Positions 46,049-48,235 of a stretch of DNA of 48,235 nucleotides are shown here, one piece after another. The stretch comes from Nitrospirota bacterium (lineage in GTDB: Bacteria > Nitrospirota > RBG-16-64-22). The notes under the pieces were generated by a model that was not told the DNA's origin, ran no database searches, and saw only the letters and a list, made by a program, of their open reading frames with translations. Location of the stretch: NCBI GenBank assembly GCA_016195465.1, contig JACPZO010000015.1:1-48235 (forward strand). The letters are read 5' to 3'. The translations under genes and the position numbers were made by a program. How positions within the stretch are numbered: position 1 is the stretch's first letter; each line of letters opens with the position of its first letter.

Positions 46049-46296
46049 GTAGGTTGGGTTAGGTCACAAGAGCGATTGTAAATTGGAAATTGGAAATTTC
46101 AAAGTGAAAGGTTGGACGAAAAGTGTAAATCGCAAAGCGGAGAACTTCTTCTCAGTTCTTTCGCTTTACAATTTTCAATTTTCAATGAGCCTTTCGTGGT
46201 CTTAGGGGCTTTATCGCGTAACCCAACGAACCGAATATTCGCCAAAACGGTTTTGTTGGGTTTGAGGCGCAAAAAACCGCGCCTAACCCAACCTAC
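46049..46296. repeat. GTAG-type REP pair interrupted by an inverted heptamer-array element
   Basis: GTAGGTTGGGTTAGG...CGTAACCCAAC...GTTGGGTTT...CCTAACCCAACCTAC. Confidence 0.75.
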
Positions 46297-46336
46297 GCAT
46301 CCGCGGAGGAGGTTTCGTAATTAATGGGTTCGGATA

Positions 46337-46735
46337 CTAGACCGCCGTCACGACGACCTGCCTCGTGCGGGGGCCGTCGAACTCGGCGAGAAAGACGCCC
46401 TGCCAGGCGCCCAGGACGAGCGAGCCTCCCTGGACGGGGATCGTGAGGGAAGAGCCGACGAGACTGCTTCTCACGTGCGCCGCCGTGTTCCCCTCGGCGT
46501 GCCGGTCGCGGAGATTCTCCCACGGGACCAGCTCTTCCAAGCGCCGGAGGATGTCCCGCGCCACGTCGGGATCGGCGTTCTCGTTGATGAGGAGGCCGCA
46601 GGTGGTGTGGAGGACGAAGATGTGGGCGACGCCGTCCTCGATCCCGAGGTTGCCGACGGCCTCGGCCACCTTGTCCGTGATCGGGACGAGGGCCTGATGC
46701 GACGGGGTTGGGACCGTGACCCGGTGCGATTTCAT
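46337..46735 (-). CDS. yjbQ: YjbQ/UPF0047 family (secondary thiamine-phosphate synthase) protein
   Basis: HTTCGLLINENADPDV, HAEGNTAAH, LG.WQGVFLAEFDGPRTR. Confidence 0.93.
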   Translation of the reverse strand: MKSHRVTVPTPSHQALVPITDKVAEAVGNLGIEDGVAHIFVLHTTCGLLINENADPDVARDILRRLEELVPWENLRDRHAEGNTAAHVRSSLVGSSLTIPVQGGSLVLGAWQGVFLAEFDGPRTRQVVVTAV

Positions 46736-46771
46736 CGTTTGTGGCTTTCAGTCCCGCGCCGGTTTGTTGCA

Positions 46772-46863
46772 AATCCGCGGATTGCGCAGATGACCGCGGA
46801 TAGGACGGGCCGATTCGCGGGGTTCGTAAGAATCTGCGTCAATCTGCGTCCATCGGCGGATAA
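46772..46863. repeat. Inverted repeat element (CCGCGGATTGCGCAGAT...ATCTGCGTCAATCTGCGT)
   Basis: Imperfect long palindrome in the intergenic region. Confidence 0.5.
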
Positions 46864-46878
46864 CCGCTTTTCCCAGGT

Positions 46879-46997
46879 TGAAGAACCCCGCCTTGAAAGG
46901 CGGGGATTCTCCGACCTCTAAGGTACTTTTCGTTATTTGCATTCGTGCGCCTTGACCCCGCCCCAAGGGGCGGGGTCAAGGCGCACTTTGCGGTTCA
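46879..46997. mobile_element. MITE/REP family A, long copy
   Basis: TGAAGAACCCCGCCTTGAAAGGCGGGG...GTGCGCCTTGACCCCGCCCC-AA-GGGGCGGGGTCAAGGCGCAC...GCGGTTCA; terminal TCA is the stop of the adjacent gene. Confidence 0.85.
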
Positions 46998-47297
46998 GTC
47001 CAGGTCAATCGGCCGGGTGGGGGGCGGGGCGTTCTTGTCGACGCGCTTTAACGCCTCCTTGACGCGCTCATCGAGGATCCGCGACTGATCCTTGAGAACT
47101 TCATTTTCCCGTTCCACCCGCTCCTGGGCGTCCTTCTGCTTCTGGGCCAGGTCGGCCATCATCTCCTTGATGGACCGGTTTTCCTTCGGGGCCGGCTTGC
47201 TCTCGTGCCAGAGGACGGCGCCCGTCTTCTGGTCGATCGTGAGACGCGCGCCGCAGTCGGGACAAGCGGCCGTGATTCGGGGGGTTTCGTCGGCCAT
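46995..47297 (-). CDS. Small conserved hypothetical protein with a CPxC motif and coiled coil
   Basis: CPDCGARLTID..TGAVL; C-terminal PPTRPIDLD; RBS AAGGA. Confidence 0.75.
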   Translation of the reverse strand: MADETPRITAACPDCGARLTIDQKTGAVLWHESKPAPKENRSIKEMMADLAQKQKDAQERVERENEVLKDQSRILDERVKEALKRVDKNAPPPTRPIDLD

Positions 47298-47308
47298 CGG
47301 GCGTTCCT

Positions 47309-48235
47309 TTAAGGAGAAAAGGCTATCAGCTCGCGCGGGAGGCCGAACGTCGTCGATTCGATCACCGTGCGTTCCTCCCGCACGTCGATAATACCATACT
47401 TTCTCAGCCGGTCGATGACTTCACGCACGAGGTGCTCCGGGGCGGACGCGCCGGCCGTGATCCCCACTCGCCGCACTCCTCCGAGCCACTCCGGGTCGAT
47501 GTTTTCCGCCGATTCGATCAAGTGCGAGCGGATGCCGGTTCTCTCCCCGATCTCCCTCAAGCGGTTCGAGTTGGAGGAGTTCGGCGCGCCGAGGACGAAG
47601 AGGAGGTCCACTTCTCCTTCCAGCATCTTCACGGCGTTCTGGCGGTTCTGCGTGGCGTAGCAGATGTCGTCTTTTGACGGGGCCTTCAGGGCCGGGAAGC
47701 GGCGCTTGAGGATCGCGACGATCCCGGCGGCCTCGTCCAGCGAAAGAGTCGTCTGCGTGACATAGGCGACTTTATCAGGGTCCGGGACCCGGACCGTCTC
47801 CGCCTCGGCGGGAGAGCCGACCAGGAGGCAGCCTCCCGGTATCCGGCCCATTGTGCCGACGACTTCCGGATGCCCCGCGTGGCCGATCAGGATGACCGTG
47901 TCTCCCTCGGAATAGCGTTTCTTCGCCTCCTCGTGGACCTTCGTGACGAGAGGACACGTCGCGTCGAAGACCTTGAGACCCCGGCGCCGGGCTTCCTCCT
48001 CCACGGCGAGGGGGACACCGTGGGCGGAGAAGACAACGGTGGCGCCGTCCGGGACCTCATCCAGATCCTCGACGAAGACGGCCCCCTGCTCCCGCAGGGC
48101 TTCGACGACGTGTCGGTTATGGACGATCTCGTGACGGACGTAGATCGGCGGGCCGAGGAGCGCGAGCGCCCGCTCGACGATCTCGATCGCCCGGTCGACG
48201 CCGGCGCAGAAGCCGCGGGGAGAGGCGAGGATGAC
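47309..48235 (-). CDS. ispH: 4-hydroxy-3-methylbut-2-enyl diphosphate reductase (5' end cut by the window edge)
   Basis: [67 protein letters not shown]. Confidence 0.97.
   Translation of the reverse strand, partial: VILASPRGFCAGVDRAIEIVERALALLGPPIYVRHEIVHNRHVVEALREQGAVFVEDLDEVPDGATVVFSAHGVPLAVEEEARRRGLKVFDATCPLVTKVHEEAKKRYSEGDTVILIGHAGHPEVVGTMGRIPGGCLLVGSPAEAETVRVPDPDKVAYVTQTTLSLDEAAGIVAILKRRFPALKAPSKDDICYATQNRQNAVKMLEGEVDLLFVLGAPNSSNSNRLREIGERTGIRSHLIESAENIDPEWLGGVRRVGITAGASAPEHLVREVIDRLRKYGIIDVREERTVIESTTFGLPRELIAFSP

Overview
GC-rich bacterial chromosomal window, Desulfobacterota/Nitrospirota-like by inference from futalosine-pathway mqnD, sigma-54 promoters and the LysM-dprA-topA order. 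The housekeeping backbone comprises tatA/B-tatC, an OmpA/Pal-like protein, a sigma-54 two-component system, PBP1A, mqnD, an Fe3+-type ABC transporter, topA, dprA, mltA, tRNA-Asn and ispH. Accessory material is interspersed. (i) At the left edge, an internally deleted group II intron is followed by two integron-type gene cassettes with attC sites; no integrase lies in the window. (ii) An ~8 kb regulated operon encodes a Tat-exported type II DMSO-reductase-family molybdoenzyme (alpha, beta, delta chaperone, and a di-haem-c/haem-b fused gamma subunit) of unknown substrate; its alpha gene looks mosaic. (iii) An unannotated small membrane ORF has an in-frame TGA followed by a SECIS-like hairpin, making it a candidate new selenoprotein. 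(iv) A decayed region after tRNA-Asn carries an RcnR-type/CDF metal-efflux operon. (v) Several MITE/REP families occur, some nested and some overlapping stop codons. All protein assignments come from motif recognition, not database searches.
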